Shown: positions 1-10,206, counted from the stretch's first letter. The stretch is 53,117 nt of DNA from Lachnospiraceae bacterium (GCA_017453965.1 JAFTEI010000134.1:1-53117); one strand, 5' to 3'. Numbers and translations: made by a program. The notes: generated by a model not told the origin, from the letters alone.

Positions 1-810
1 CTTAAGTATAGCCCTCGCATCCTCCGGGTCCATGGCGTGATAGTGGTCATTACCTTTAAGGCTCTTGTCCAGGGTAAAGTGCTTTTCCACCAGGACCGCC
101 CCCAGGTTATAGGCTGTATTCACGACCCGGCAGTCGGCCGTGGGCTTAGTATGGTCCGAGTAGCCTATGTACTCCTCCGGGTACTCCTCCTTAAGGCTCT
201 TTATCTTCAATAAATTCGCGTGCTCCAAGGGGGTAGGATATTCCAGGACGCAGTGCAGCAGCACCAGCTCCTTATGATTATTCCGTCTGATAGCCTCTAT
301 CGCCCGGTCTATCTCCTCCTTGTTGGAGGCCCCTATGGACAAAAGAATGGGCTTGTCCTTCCTGGCCTGGTGCTCTATGAACGGAATATTCGAAAGATCC
401 GACGAGGATATCTTGTATACGCCCATGAGGTCATTCAGATAATCCGCCGATTCAAAGTCAAAGGCAGTGGAAAGAAATTCTATTCTTAAGGAATCGCAGT
501 ATTCCTTCAGCTCCCGGTATTCCCTTTCCCCGAAGGAATCGAATTTTTTAAAGAGCTCATACTGCGAGGCCGTGGGCTCCTCGCTCCTGTCCCAGTATGA
601 GGGCGAATCGTGGGCAGCAAGGGTCCCGGCCCTGTAGGTCTGGAATTTTACTGCGTGAATCCCGGCGTCGCGAGCCTCCTTACACATGAGCTTTGCCGCC
701 TCCATATTGGATATCCCCAGCTTGGCGGCGATGTCGTAATAATTGACCCCTATCTCGGCAATCAGGACAAATTTCCCGTCTCTTACCCTCTCGATGATAT
801 TTCCTGCCAT
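1..810 (-). CDS. N-acetylneuraminate synthase family (NeuB/PseI/LegI-like) nonulosonic acid synthase, 3' end beyond window
   Basis: Not in the ORF track. Manual translation from ATG at 810 gives MAGNIIERVRDGKFVLIAEIGVN...AVKFQTY...LLHCVLEYPTP...GYSDHT...GAVLVEKHFTLDK...DHYHAMDP, the NeuB signature motifs. The frame is open to position 1. Confidence 0.92.
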   Translation of the reverse strand, partial: MAGNIIERVRDGKFVLIAEIGVNYYDIAAKLGISNMEAAKLMCKEARDAGIHAVKFQTYRAGTLAAHDSPSYWDRSEEPTASQYELFKKFDSFGEREYRELKEYCDSLRIEFLSTAFDFESADYLNDLMGVYKISSSDLSNIPFIEHQARKDKPILLSIGASNKEEIDRAIEAIRRNNHKELVLLHCVLEYPTPLEHANLLKIKSLKEEYPEEYIGYSDHTKPTADCRVVNTAYNLGAVLVEKHFTLDKSLKGNDHYHAMDPEDARAILK

Positions 811-2390
811 TTTAAATACCCCTTTTCAAACATCTTAAGCAGCTCTCCCAGCTCCCTGTCAAATTCCGGAGTCTCCTTGTGTCTGCCCGCAAAGATTTCC
901 TCCGCCTCATCCATGAGCTCGAAGATCTTAACCTCCTCCCCGGCCTCTCTGACTGCCTCGATATAGGCCGCGGCGGAGCGCATATTGTCTATCTGTCCGA
1001 AGGAACGTATCGCCTCGGGCAACTCTTCATAGGAATGGATCTTTCGCACCCCCTCTATGAGCCCGAAGGGCACCTCCCCGAAGATCAGGGACCTCTTCCC
1101 CAGAAGCGCCGCCTCATAGGCCGCTGTCCCGGTTATGGTGACCACTCCCCTGGCCTTGGTTATCCAGGGCTTGGGGTCCTTGTAGTAATTGATCTGCACC
1201 AGTCTTACGTTGGCTATCTCCCTGACCTTTGAATAAAATTCTATAGCCCTTTCGCCGAGCATGGCCTGGTGCTCCTTTACGTAGAGCTTCCAGCCCACGG
1301 GCAGGGCCTTGGAGACCTGCTCTATGAGATTCAGCTCATCCACGTAAAACGAGGCCTTCACAAAGACCGAGGACTCCGGGATAAGGTGCAGGGGCATATA
1401 TACGTAGTCCTCCCCCTCCACCGGGTCCTCAAAGTATTTATTCTTCACGAGGAACCTCCTCTTGATCCTCATTTCATCCCAGTAATATTTTAAATACGGC
1501 GCCGTCCTGGCATAGAGGAAGGGAGATTTTCTCTTGAGCTTCGCATTACCCGCCCTGATATCCATATCCCAGAAGTAGTTCCACTTTCCCCTCATCACCC
1601 TGAGTATCCAGATCCAGGAATCCCTCTCGTACTGCACCGTAACGGAGCCAGCGAATTCCTTGTTCATGATGCTGGATTTTTCGCGGAATTCCCGCACATA
1701 GTCCAGCCCCTCCTTGAGCTCCTCCTCCGGGGCGGCCAGCTTCCTCTCATATATCTCCTTAAAATACGGATCGACTCCGAAGCAGTTCTGGAAGCTGGGG
1801 TATTTGTAATATCCGTACTTTCCGTACTCCATGGTAATATAGGGGATTCCCTTGCGGTACGCCACCTCGCACATTATGGTCCTCTGCAGCTCCGCATTGT
1901 CCGTATCCAGGATCACATCGGGCTTAAATTCCTCCAATATGCCTATGATTTTTTTGTAATTGAGCTCCAGCCAGTAGTTATTCTCCTCATCGCTGGTCAC
2001 CACCCAGTATTTCCTGTAATGATAGTGCCTCGTATTCTCCTGGGAGCTCATGAGCTGCAGCCCCAGAGTCTTGTAGTGCGTATAGTCTCTCTCGATCTCC
2101 TTTAAGTAGTCCATATCCGCGGGAGAGGAGCTTTTCTCAAAGCCCTCCACGAACCTGTCGCAGATATCTCCTACGTCGTAGAGCTTGACGTCAGGAAGGT
2201 TTTCCCTGAATTCATATATGGTGTGCTCGTTGTAGTAGCATTTTTTATACTTGCTCTCGGAGGACATTATATAGAACGCCGCGACCTCATTGTCCTCCTT
2301 CAGGTCCCTTGCCAGAAAGAAGAGCGGCTTCGAATATGTCTCCCTGCATACAAAGAGTATTCTTTTATTATGAAATATGGAACTTTTCAT
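783..2390 (-). CDS. Capsule polysaccharide biosynthesis protein (KpsS/Capsule_synth-like), putative ulosonic-acid transferase
   Basis: C-terminal motifs YMPLHLIPESS, LYVKEHQ, VVTITGTAAYEAALLGK; adjacent to the NeuB-family gene. Confidence 0.7.
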   Translation of the reverse strand: MKSSIFHNKRILFVCRETYSKPLFFLARDLKEDNEVAAFYIMSSESKYKKCYYNEHTIYEFRENLPDVKLYDVGDICDRFVEGFEKSSSPADMDYLKEIERDYTHYKTLGLQLMSSQENTRHYHYRKYWVVTSDEENNYWLELNYKKIIGILEEFKPDVILDTDNAELQRTIMCEVAYRKGIPYITMEYGKYGYYKYPSFQNCFGVDPYFKEIYERKLAAPEEELKEGLDYVREFREKSSIMNKEFAGSVTVQYERDSWIWILRVMRGKWNYFWDMDIRAGNAKLKRKSPFLYARTAPYLKYYWDEMRIKRRFLVKNKYFEDPVEGEDYVYMPLHLIPESSVFVKASFYVDELNLIEQVSKALPVGWKLYVKEHQAMLGERAIEFYSKVREIANVRLVQINYYKDPKPWITKARGVVTITGTAAYEAALLGKRSLIFGEVPFGLIEGVRKIHSYEELPEAIRSFGQIDNMRSAAAYIEAVREAGEEVKIFELMDEAEEIFAGRHKETPEFDRELGELLKMFEKGYLKWQEISSRG

Positions 2391-3357
2391 GCTCGGCCGC
2401 CTTTCTGACGCTGCGCTCAGTGATAAGCTTCAGCCCCCATTTCATGTAGAGCGCCAGGAAGACCTTTATCTTTACCCTGATATCCACCAGGGGATTGCCC
2501 TTCATGCTTTCCCTGTGCGCCCTTATATAGTCGTAATGCTTCGCCGTGTTTTCCTTTGTAAAAGTGCCGTGAATCAGCCTGTTTTGTATGCAGGTAAGGT
2601 GGTCATAGAGCAAAAAGGCCTCGGCCTCGTTCCTGAGGTTCGGATAGCGCGTCAAAACATAGTCGGCAAAGTCCATATCGGCGTCGGTATTATATTCCGC
2701 CATCTCATCGACGCGGCTTAGGGAATCCGATCTCACCCTGAAATGGTACAGCGGAGTGGTATCGTAAACTATCTTATCGGCCCTCTCGAGCAGGATATTT
2801 ATAACATACCTGTCCTCCAGATATCTGTCGGTCGGGAAGGTGATCCCTTCGAAAAGAGAGGCCTTAAAGAGCTTGTCCCAGCAGTGGAAGAAAAAGCCCG
2901 TGCCCTTAAGTATCATCTCAAAGGCGTCCCGGCTGCTCATCTCCCTTAGCGGCCTTTGCTCATCCGGCACACCTCCGCCCGGGTACTCGCTGAATTTTCC
3001 GCATACCACTATGTCCGCCTCATATTTTTCCAGGTTCAAAAACATCCTTTCAAACATTTCGGGAGAGGCGTAGTCGTCCCCGTCCACAAAGCCTATATAC
3101 TCTCCGGTGGCGGCCTCCAGCCCCCTGTTCCTGGCATCTCCCGTTCCCCTCGGCTCACACACCACGAGCTTTATACGGCTGTCCTTGGCCTCGTATTCAC
3201 GGGCGATCTCAAGGCAGTTGTCTCCCCCGGTCCCCACGACCAGCACGCTCTCCAGCTCCTTATATGTCTGGTTTATCATGCTCTCTATGCTCTCCCGCAG
3301 GTAGGGCTCCACCTTGTAAATAATTGAAATAATGGATATTTTAGGATATTGTCTCAT
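2368..3357 (-). CDS. Glycosyltransferase family 2
   Basis: ISIISIIYKVEPYL, GDARNRGL, FVDGDD, YLEDRY; start moved to ATG at 3357 (MRQYPK). Confidence 0.9.
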   Translation of the reverse strand: MRQYPKISIISIIYKVEPYLRESIESMINQTYKELESVLVVGTGGDNCLEIAREYEAKDSRIKLVVCEPRGTGDARNRGLEAATGEYIGFVDGDDYASPEMFERMFLNLEKYEADIVVCGKFSEYPGGGVPDEQRPLREMSSRDAFEMILKGTGFFFHCWDKLFKASLFEGITFPTDRYLEDRYVINILLERADKIVYDTTPLYHFRVRSDSLSRVDEMAEYNTDADMDFADYVLTRYPNLRNEAEAFLLYDHLTCIQNRLIHGTFTKENTAKHYDYIRAHRESMKGNPLVDIRVKIKVFLALYMKWGLKLITERSVRKAAEHEKFHIS

Positions 3358-4441
3358 CTTGAACCCTTTTGATCTCCTCCAGATACCCGCAGCCAAAATG
3401 CTTTGCGGGCTCTATCATTGCTCCCTCGCCCCACTCATTCCAGGCGTTGACATAGACGAAGTCGTTTTTCCTGCCCTCCGTCTTTTTCTTAAGCTCCGTA
3501 AGCAGCTCTCCGAAAAGCGCCGGGCTTGAACCGGTATATACCAGGCCCTTGTAGCCCCTCCTGGGAGTATTGTCCCAGCCTGCCAGGATACCGGGATATT
3601 CGTTCTGTGCGTACTCCCTTTTAGCTATCCCATCATAGATATGCTTTATTGGTATGCGGCGCTCCAGCAGCTTATTCTTTCTGAAAGTGTTGATAAAGGT
3701 CCTGGCTGCAACGGTCACGTTATACTCTGCCGTGGCAAAAGCCGACATATCGTGCTTTAGAGTATAGCCCGGCTCAAAGTAGTACCAGCCCCCGAAGCGC
3801 TTCCTTATCTCCGGCCTGTCCTCCGTCTGAGCCGCTGTACGCCCTCCTATAAAGTATATCCCTTCGAACCCCTCCTCCACGGCCCTCTTATTAAAATAGT
3901 CCGCCATTGCCGCGAGGGACTCTATCTCAAAGGTCCGGTATATCTGAAATACCGGCTTCCCGTCTATCTTTATATACCTTTCGTCCTTAAAGAACCGCAG
4001 CAGATACCTGAAATGCTCCTCCCAGTCGGCCTCATTGCCGTACTCCTGCTTTAAGAGTACCTCCTCGGCCTTGTCGTACCAGGCCCGGGTCCAGCTCTCG
4101 TTGGCCCAGCATAAAGAATATCTTAAATCTATATCCCTGTTCTCAAGCAGTATCTCAAGAGGAGTCTCCATAAGCTTTTTTCCCTTGAAATAATACTGGT
4201 AGAACATAAAGCCGTAGATGCCGTATTTTTTCGCTAGCTCCGCCTGCCGCCTCAAGGTTCCGGCCCCGTCCTCCTTAAGGTCGTAATATACGCCGTCCAG
4301 CGGCTCCGCAGGCTGTATATGCCCCTTATAAAGCGGTTTGGCGCCCTTTACCGCCGTCCATTCGGTGTAACCCTTCCCCCACCAGCTGTCATTTTCCGGG
4401 AAGCTATGAAATTGGGGAAGATATATGGCTATGACCCTCAT
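3341..4441 (-). CDS. WbsX-like / GH99-like domain protein
   Basis: IAIYLPQFH...WWGKGYTEW, CWANESW, GWDNTPRR, NAWNEWGEG motifs. Confidence 0.88.
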   Translation of the reverse strand: MRVIAIYLPQFHSFPENDSWWGKGYTEWTAVKGAKPLYKGHIQPAEPLDGVYYDLKEDGAGTLRRQAELAKKYGIYGFMFYQYYFKGKKLMETPLEILLENRDIDLRYSLCWANESWTRAWYDKAEEVLLKQEYGNEADWEEHFRYLLRFFKDERYIKIDGKPVFQIYRTFEIESLAAMADYFNKRAVEEGFEGIYFIGGRTAAQTEDRPEIRKRFGGWYYFEPGYTLKHDMSAFATAEYNVTVAARTFINTFRKNKLLERRIPIKHIYDGIAKREYAQNEYPGILAGWDNTPRRGYKGLVYTGSSPALFGELLTELKKKTEGRKNDFVYVNAWNEWGEGAMIEPAKHFGCGYLEEIKRVQDETIS

Positions 4442-4454
4442 TCGTTCCCTCCAT

Positions 4455-4509
4455 TATTAAAGGGGCTTTTATCCCCGGTAATATCTGACTTATAGCTCAT
4501 AGCTACTCC
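4455..4509 (-). repeat. 55-bp junction element, copy 1 (mini-ORF 4438-4500, MSYKSDITGDKSPFNNGGNE)
   Basis: Minus strand reads GGAGTAGCTATGAGCTATAAGTCAGATATTACCGGGGATAAAAGCCCCTTTAATA; near-identical copies at 23452, 39563 and 44750. Confidence 0.95.
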
Positions 4510-5723
4510 ACTACTTTTCCACGCTCCGCCGACGAAAGCCGGCCTAAGGCATAGTAAAAAACCGGAACCGAAAGGGCAAAGGAAAGCGTGTTGGAGCCTA
4601 TGGAGATCACAAGGGTCATAAGCACGATGCAGACCTCGGGGGCAAAACGCCTTATATTCTTAAAGCCCCTCTTAAGGCAGAGCAGCACCAGAAAGACAAA
4701 CAGCGACAGACCTATGATCCCGGTCTCGCAGTAGAGCTTCGCCAGCCCTCCGTCGGCTATGACGTGCTCCGCATAGCCTATCGCCCTGTGCCCATTGGCT
4801 CCAAGCCCATTGCCGGTCCATATGGAGACCATGTTGTTGGCCGCTCCCACCCACTGGTCGGAGCGCTCTCCTATCGCCAGCGGAAGGCTTATCAGCCTGT
4901 AGAAGACCTTCATGAAAACTGCGTTTGCAGCCACAAAGAGGGCCACGGCCCCTGCGATAATTATCCCGACCTCTGCAAATAAATATTTTTTGTCCAGCTT
5001 TTTATACACAAAAAACAGCACTATGTTGAAATACACGATTACCAGGAGCGCCGCACTCATGGACGCTCTCTGATTGCTCATAAAGGCTATGAGGCAGCCT
5101 CCGGCAAAGCCCAGTAGCCACTGCCTCTTTCCGCTGTCCACGAGGAGCCTCAGTGAGACCGGCATGAGGGCCACTCCAAGGTAGCCCAACACCGTACTGC
5201 CCGTGACCGACACCATCCTGACCCTCAGGGTCTGAACATCTGCCTTTGAAATCAGGCCGTGCTCGAAGCAGAAGTCTATATAAAAGCCGGGGGCGCTCAG
5301 ATACAGGATGATACTGAATATTCCAAGGACCAGCACCGCCGCCGCAAACAGGACATAGAACCGCCTTATGCTCTTTTCCCCGGAATAAGCCGCTATATAA
5401 TAAAAGACCATGGGCAGGACGGCCGTAAAGAGCTCCCCTATATATACCGAGGGCGGCATCCCGAAGACCCCCGCCCAGACCGCCGAGGCCAGGTTATAAA
5501 GGAGCCACAGAGACATTATCTTGTCCGGTACGTTAAGGTCCTTAAGCTTCGGGAGAGACCCGGATAAAAACAGCCAGATCCAGGTCAGCACAGCCAGGAT
5601 CGCCGCCGCCGCGCCGGGTCTGAATACCGAATAGTTTAAGAGCGTCAGCATATATACGGCGATTAAAACCGGATAATATAAGGCCGGTATATCTGTTTTA
5701 TTTACCAACATAGTTCTGTTCAT
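4503..5723 (-). CDS. Wzy polymerase / O-antigen ligase family membrane protein
   Basis: About 10-12 hydrophobic segments; SNQRAS, ERSDQW, TGNGLGANG and ETGIIG motifs; lies in the glycan operon. Confidence 0.75.
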   Translation of the reverse strand: MNRTMLVNKTDIPALYYPVLIAVYMLTLLNYSVFRPGAAAAILAVLTWIWLFLSGSLPKLKDLNVPDKIMSLWLLYNLASAVWAGVFGMPPSVYIGELFTAVLPMVFYYIAAYSGEKSIRRFYVLFAAAVLVLGIFSIILYLSAPGFYIDFCFEHGLISKADVQTLRVRMVSVTGSTVLGYLGVALMPVSLRLLVDSGKRQWLLGFAGGCLIAFMSNQRASMSAALLVIVYFNIVLFFVYKKLDKKYLFAEVGIIIAGAVALFVAANAVFMKVFYRLISLPLAIGERSDQWVGAANNMVSIWTGNGLGANGHRAIGYAEHVIADGGLAKLYCETGIIGLSLFVFLVLLCLKRGFKNIRRFAPEVCIVLMTLVISIGSNTLSFALSVPVFYYALGRLSSAERGKVVE

Positions 5724-6850
5724 GCCGTAACTGCCTCTACTACCTCAGCCCACGAGCCGGAGGGCACCTTATCCTCCCCCCTGTCCGCGGGACTCAGCTT
5801 CTTTTCAATAACTTCCTGCATGAGCTTCGCAAGCTCCTCCGGAGAAAAGGAATCAAAATATTCCGCATTCCCGTAGCCCTTAAGTACCTCCCTGCAAAAG
5901 GGGGTGTCCGAGGCCAGCACCATTCCGCCCACGCTCCTTACCTCTGCCGGGGGATAGCCGTAGGTCTCGATATAGGAGGGAAATATCAATGTCCCCGTCC
6001 TGTAAAGGTCAAACAGGTCATTTCGCGGGAGCTTTCCCCTCCACTCTATATTGTTTTCCGTAGCCTTCGACAGCGTTACCAGCCCTTCGCCAGCCTCCTC
6101 CGCCGTCAGGGTAAAGATCACCTTAAAATCAGTGATGCCCCTCTCGTTCAAAAGCTTCGCCGCCCTTATGACGCATTCATGATTTTTGTATATTATGGGT
6201 CCTGAGGGGAAAACAAAGAGCTTTTCGTCAAAGCGCATTTCACCAAAGTCCCCTCCCGCATACCCCTCAGGAGCCGCCGGCAGCGGCGGAAGAATGGCGC
6301 AGACCTTCTCCGCCGGGACATTTAATTTCTCTAAAACCGCCTCTCTCATCCAATGGGTCTGGACTATTACCCTGTCTGCCCTCCTTATGGAGGAATCTAT
6401 CAGCTTCGATATAAAATACTGATATATGGCAAGGTGCCGCTCTTCCCTTTTAAACAGGGAAAACCGCTTTGTCTTCTGAAAGCCCAGGGGCTGGTGTACG
6501 TATAGCGCCGTCCCGGCTCCGAGATTGCCACTCGGTAGGGTATTTTCCATCGAGAAGACCCTGTCCGGCTTAAGGCTCCTTATATAGCCCGCGCCCGTGA
6601 ACCATTCAAACTTAAGCCTGCTGGCCCATGAGCTCTTTACATCCGAGCGCAGGAGGGCGTAAATTCCCGCCTCTCCCTTAAGCTGTCCGGGATTCTCCAG
6701 CTTCTCCGCCGCCGGTATTATCCCGGGGACCCCGGTAATGAAGACCCACTCATTCCCATCGGCCCTTTCCTTAAGGTAGGCGGAAAAGTCCTTCAATATG
6801 GATTCCGCCCCGGTCTTGCTGGCGGCTATGTCCAGGACCACTATCCTCAT
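5720..6850 (-). CDS. Glycosyltransferase family 4
   Basis: YKNHE and LIFPSYIETYGYPPAE (EX7E) motifs. Confidence 0.88.
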   Translation of the reverse strand: MRIVVLDIAASKTGAESILKDFSAYLKERADGNEWVFITGVPGIIPAAEKLENPGQLKGEAGIYALLRSDVKSSWASRLKFEWFTGAGYIRSLKPDRVFSMENTLPSGNLGAGTALYVHQPLGFQKTKRFSLFKREERHLAIYQYFISKLIDSSIRRADRVIVQTHWMREAVLEKLNVPAEKVCAILPPLPAAPEGYAGGDFGEMRFDEKLFVFPSGPIIYKNHECVIRAAKLLNERGITDFKVIFTLTAEEAGEGLVTLSKATENNIEWRGKLPRNDLFDLYRTGTLIFPSYIETYGYPPAEVRSVGGMVLASDTPFCREVLKGYGNAEYFDSFSPEELAKLMQEVIEKKLSPADRGEDKVPSGSWAEVVEAVTA

Positions 6851-7974
6851 TTTTTGAGCCAGACAGTCTCGTTTACTATCTTTGCGTAGCTCTGTATGAG
6901 CCTGACTACCTTGACCGAGACATTTTCATCCGCGTAGTCGGCGGCTTCCACCGCGATCTCGTTATTCTCCGCCATGGATACCGCAAGCTCGGCCGCCTGC
7001 TCCACATCCTCTTTTTTGATCCCGCCTATGACGATCGTGCCCTTGTCCAGCACCTCAGGCCTCTCCGTAGAGGTACGGATAAGAACGGCCGGAAAACCCA
7101 TCATCGCGGACTCTTCTGAAAGGGTTCCGCTGTCCGAGAGTACACACTTCGCGTTCTTTTGAAGCTTATTGTAGTCAAGATAGCCGAAGGGCTCCAAGGA
7201 GCGCACCCTCTTATCGAATTTAAAGCCCCTCTTTTCTATGAACTTCCTGCTCCTGGGATGGGTGGAGTAGATTATTGGCATATCGTATTTTTCAGCCATA
7301 TGATTTACGGCCTCCATAAGCGAGAGGAAATTTTCCTCGTCGTCGATATTCTCCTCCCTGTGAGCTGAGAGCAGTATATATTTCTTTTTTTCAAGCCCAA
7401 GGCGCTCCAATACGTCTGAAGCCTCTATATCCTTTTCAAAGGCCTTGAAGACCTCCTTCATCGGGGAGCCGGTGACGAATATTGTCTTTCCGTCTATGCC
7501 CTCGCTTAGAAGGTAGCGTCTGGAATGCTCGGTGTAGGGCAGGTTTATATCCGAAATGTGATCGACTATCTTCCTGTTTATCATCTCCGGCACGTTCCAG
7601 TCCCAGCAGCGGTTCCCGGCCTCCATATGAAAGATCGGTATCTTAAGCCTCTTGGCGCTTATGGCGCTCAGGGCCGAATTGGTATCTCCGAGGATCAGGA
7701 CCGCATCGGGCCTTACCTCCTGCATGAGCTTATAGGACCTGGAAATAATGTTCCCCATGGTCTCCCCGAGATCCCCGCCTACGCTGTCCAGATAGTAGTC
7801 GGGCTCCCTCAGCTTAAGGTCCTCAAAGAAGACCTGATTTAACGTATAGTCATAGTTCTGCCCCGTGTGCACCAGCACGTGGTCAAAGTACCTGTCCGCA
7901 CACTTTATGACCTCACAAAGCCTTATTATCTCCGGCCTGGTCCCCAGCACCGTCATAAGTTTGAATCTGCTCAT
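6847..7974 (-). CDS. UDP-N-acetyl-sugar 2-epimerase (FnlC/WbjD/Cap5G type)
   Basis: GTRPEIIRL, HTGQNYD, FHMEAGNR, HREEN, SDSGTLSEE motifs; adjacent to the FnlA-type gene. Confidence 0.92.
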   Translation of the reverse strand: MSRFKLMTVLGTRPEIIRLCEVIKCADRYFDHVLVHTGQNYDYTLNQVFFEDLKLREPDYYLDSVGGDLGETMGNIISRSYKLMQEVRPDAVLILGDTNSALSAISAKRLKIPIFHMEAGNRCWDWNVPEMINRKIVDHISDINLPYTEHSRRYLLSEGIDGKTIFVTGSPMKEVFKAFEKDIEASDVLERLGLEKKKYILLSAHREENIDDEENFLSLMEAVNHMAEKYDMPIIYSTHPRSRKFIEKRGFKFDKRVRSLEPFGYLDYNKLQKNAKCVLSDSGTLSEESAMMGFPAVLIRTSTERPEVLDKGTIVIGGIKKEDVEQAAELAVSMAENNEIAVEAADYADENVSVKVVRLIQSYAKIVNETVWLKK

Positions 7975-9011
7975 GCCTCTATACCCATCTCCTTCAGCTC
8001 GTCCCTGATATAGGAGAGCCTAAGCAGCCTTTCCTTCACTCCCTCCACATCGAGGAGCTCGGTATTGTCGGAGTTGAAGGATTCCTCCTCCTTTCTTCCG
8101 GTATTCCCCTCTATAAAGTATTTATCGTAGTTCAAATCCCTGTTGTCAGCGGGCACTCTGAAGAAATTACCCATATCCACGGCCCTTGCCCTCTCCTCGA
8201 CTGTGAGCAGGGTCTCCGACATCTTTTCCCCGTGCCTTATTCCTATTATCCTCGTCTTTACATCCTCGGCATGAAAGAGCTCCTTTACCGCCTGCGCAAG
8301 GGTTCCTATGGTGCTTGCAGGGGCCTTCTGCACCATGATATCACCGCTGTGCGCATTTTCGAAGGCGTAGACCACCAGCTCCACGGCCTCCTCCAGGGAC
8401 ATTATAAACCTGGTCATGGCGGGCTCGGTGATCGTGATATCCTTCCCCTGCTTTATCTGCTCTATGAAGAGCGGCACTACTGAACCCCTTGAGCAGAGGA
8501 CGTTTCCATAGCGGGTGCCGCAGATCAGCGTCTTGTCCGGCTCCACTGTCCGGCTCTTGGCTACGAAGACCTTTTCCATCATGGCCTTGGAGGTACCCAT
8601 TGCATTTATCGGATAGGCCGCCTTGTCAGTAGACAGACAGATGACCTTTTTGACCCCGGCGTGTATGGCCTCGTTCAGCATGTTGTCTGTGCCATATACG
8701 TTCGTCCTCACCGCCTCCATCGGGAAAAACTCACAGCTGGGGACCTGCTTCAGGGCCGCGGCGTGGAAGATATAATCGACTCCCTCCATGGCGTCCCTCA
8801 GGGAGTGCATATCCCTGACATCCCCTATGCAGTATTTTATCTTTTTGTTGTTGTACAGGTGACGCATATCGTCCTGCTTCTTTTCGTCCCTGGAAAAAAT
8901 ACGTATCTCCGCGATATCCGTATTTAAAAATCTGTTCAGCACAGCGTTGCCGAAGGAACCTGTGCCTCCGGTTATCATCAGTACCTTGCCGTCAAACATG
9001 TTGTCCGCCAT
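7971..9011 (-). CDS. UDP-GlcNAc 4,6-dehydratase/epimerase (FnlA/WbjB/Cap5E type)
   Basis: TGGTGSFG, FSRDEKKQDDMR, AALKQVPSCEFFP, STDKAAYPINAMG, DNRDLNYDKYF. Confidence 0.93.
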   Translation of the reverse strand: MADNMFDGKVLMITGGTGSFGNAVLNRFLNTDIAEIRIFSRDEKKQDDMRHLYNNKKIKYCIGDVRDMHSLRDAMEGVDYIFHAAALKQVPSCEFFPMEAVRTNVYGTDNMLNEAIHAGVKKVICLSTDKAAYPINAMGTSKAMMEKVFVAKSRTVEPDKTLICGTRYGNVLCSRGSVVPLFIEQIKQGKDITITEPAMTRFIMSLEEAVELVVYAFENAHSGDIMVQKAPASTIGTLAQAVKELFHAEDVKTRIIGIRHGEKMSETLLTVEERARAVDMGNFFRVPADNRDLNYDKYFIEGNTGRKEEESFNSDNTELLDVEGVKERLLRLSYIRDELKEMGIEA

Positions 9012-9012
9012 C

Positions 9013-10206
9013 TCAACTCTCCTTCATAAAGTTTTCCAGTATATCCACTGACCTTCCGACGTTAAAATTCGCCTTGAGGTATTCTCTTCCGTTATTTCCA
9101 AGCTCCCGCAGATTCTCCTGATTTTCGCAGATCTTCTCCACTGCCTCGATAAAGGCGGTCGGATCGTCCGAGGGACACCACCAGCCGCACCTCGCTTCGT
9201 ATGTCACCAGGGCGTGTATATCCGTCACCCTGTCTGTCACCGCCAGCACAGGCTTGGCGAGCTGCATATAGGACAGCACCCTGGAGGGGTAATTCGGTAT
9301 CGAAAAATCCGGGCTCAGAATCACCATCCCCACGTCCGCCTCCTCCAGGAGCTTCTCATATTCATCTCTGGGCAGAAAGGGTATATAGGTGAGGTTGGCG
9401 GGCTTCTTTTCCCTGATGAAGTCCTCCACCAGCCCCTGCTCCGTCCCGCTGCCGATTATCGTAAAGCTGGCCCTCATATAGCCCTTGAGCCTCTCTATGC
9501 AGAGCAGCAGAAAATCTATGGCCTGGGGCTTCCCCAGGTTCCCCCCGAAAATAAAGCTGATCTGCTCCTTTTCCTGCACCGTCTGACCTTCCCTGGCGGA
9601 GTCCTTTTCAACCTCCCTTATCTTTACCGTATTGGGGAAAAGCTCCAGCCTGGAGACATCCAGCTCCCGGCTATGGCTCTTAAGATACTCTATATTAGCG
9701 TTCGACATACAGCCGATCCGGTCAGAGGCCTCATAGAGCTTTCTCTCCAGATAGGAAAAATATTTGTGCATAAGGCTGTTTTCCCGCATCATCTTTAGGT
9801 CTACCGCGTTCTGCGGGAAAATGTCCTTGAGCATAAGGTAGCTCCTGGCCCTGTAATGCTTCTTAAGCCGGGATACCAGCCTTCCGAAGGTCACCGGGGG
9901 CGTCGGGTAGATTATGAGGTCTATTTTTTCACTCCAGATATTCTTTTTAACGGCCCTGTAAAAGAGCCGTCCCATGGTGAGCTGGATAAAGCCCTTTCTT
10001 ATCTTGTCGGAGCTGAACTGATTATCGAGCCGGACGTAGACAGTGCTTACCCCATGCTCATGGACCACACCCTCAGGAACCTCTGTCTCGGAGGTGCCGG
10101 CCAGGCAAAATACCTTATGTCCCCTGTCCCTGAGCTCCTCCACCAGATCCAGGTATATTGTAGAAGTTTTAAAGCTGAATATCTGAAACAGGCACAATAC
10201 GTTCAT
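9013..10206 (-). CDS. Glycosyltransferase family 4 (WbuB-like L-FucNAc/L-QuiNAc transferase)
   Basis: YPTPPVT, LKDIFPQNAVD, GGNLGKPQ, IPNYPSR motifs typical of WbuB-like enzymes. Confidence 0.85.
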   Translation of the reverse strand: MNVLCLFQIFSFKTSTIYLDLVEELRDRGHKVFCLAGTSETEVPEGVVHEHGVSTVYVRLDNQFSSDKIRKGFIQLTMGRLFYRAVKKNIWSEKIDLIIYPTPPVTFGRLVSRLKKHYRARSYLMLKDIFPQNAVDLKMMRENSLMHKYFSYLERKLYEASDRIGCMSNANIEYLKSHSRELDVSRLELFPNTVKIREVEKDSAREGQTVQEKEQISFIFGGNLGKPQAIDFLLLCIERLKGYMRASFTIIGSGTEQGLVEDFIREKKPANLTYIPFLPRDEYEKLLEEADVGMVILSPDFSIPNYPSRVLSYMQLAKPVLAVTDRVTDIHALVTYEARCGWWCPSDDPTAFIEAVEKICENQENLRELGNNGREYLKANFNVGRSVDILENFMKES

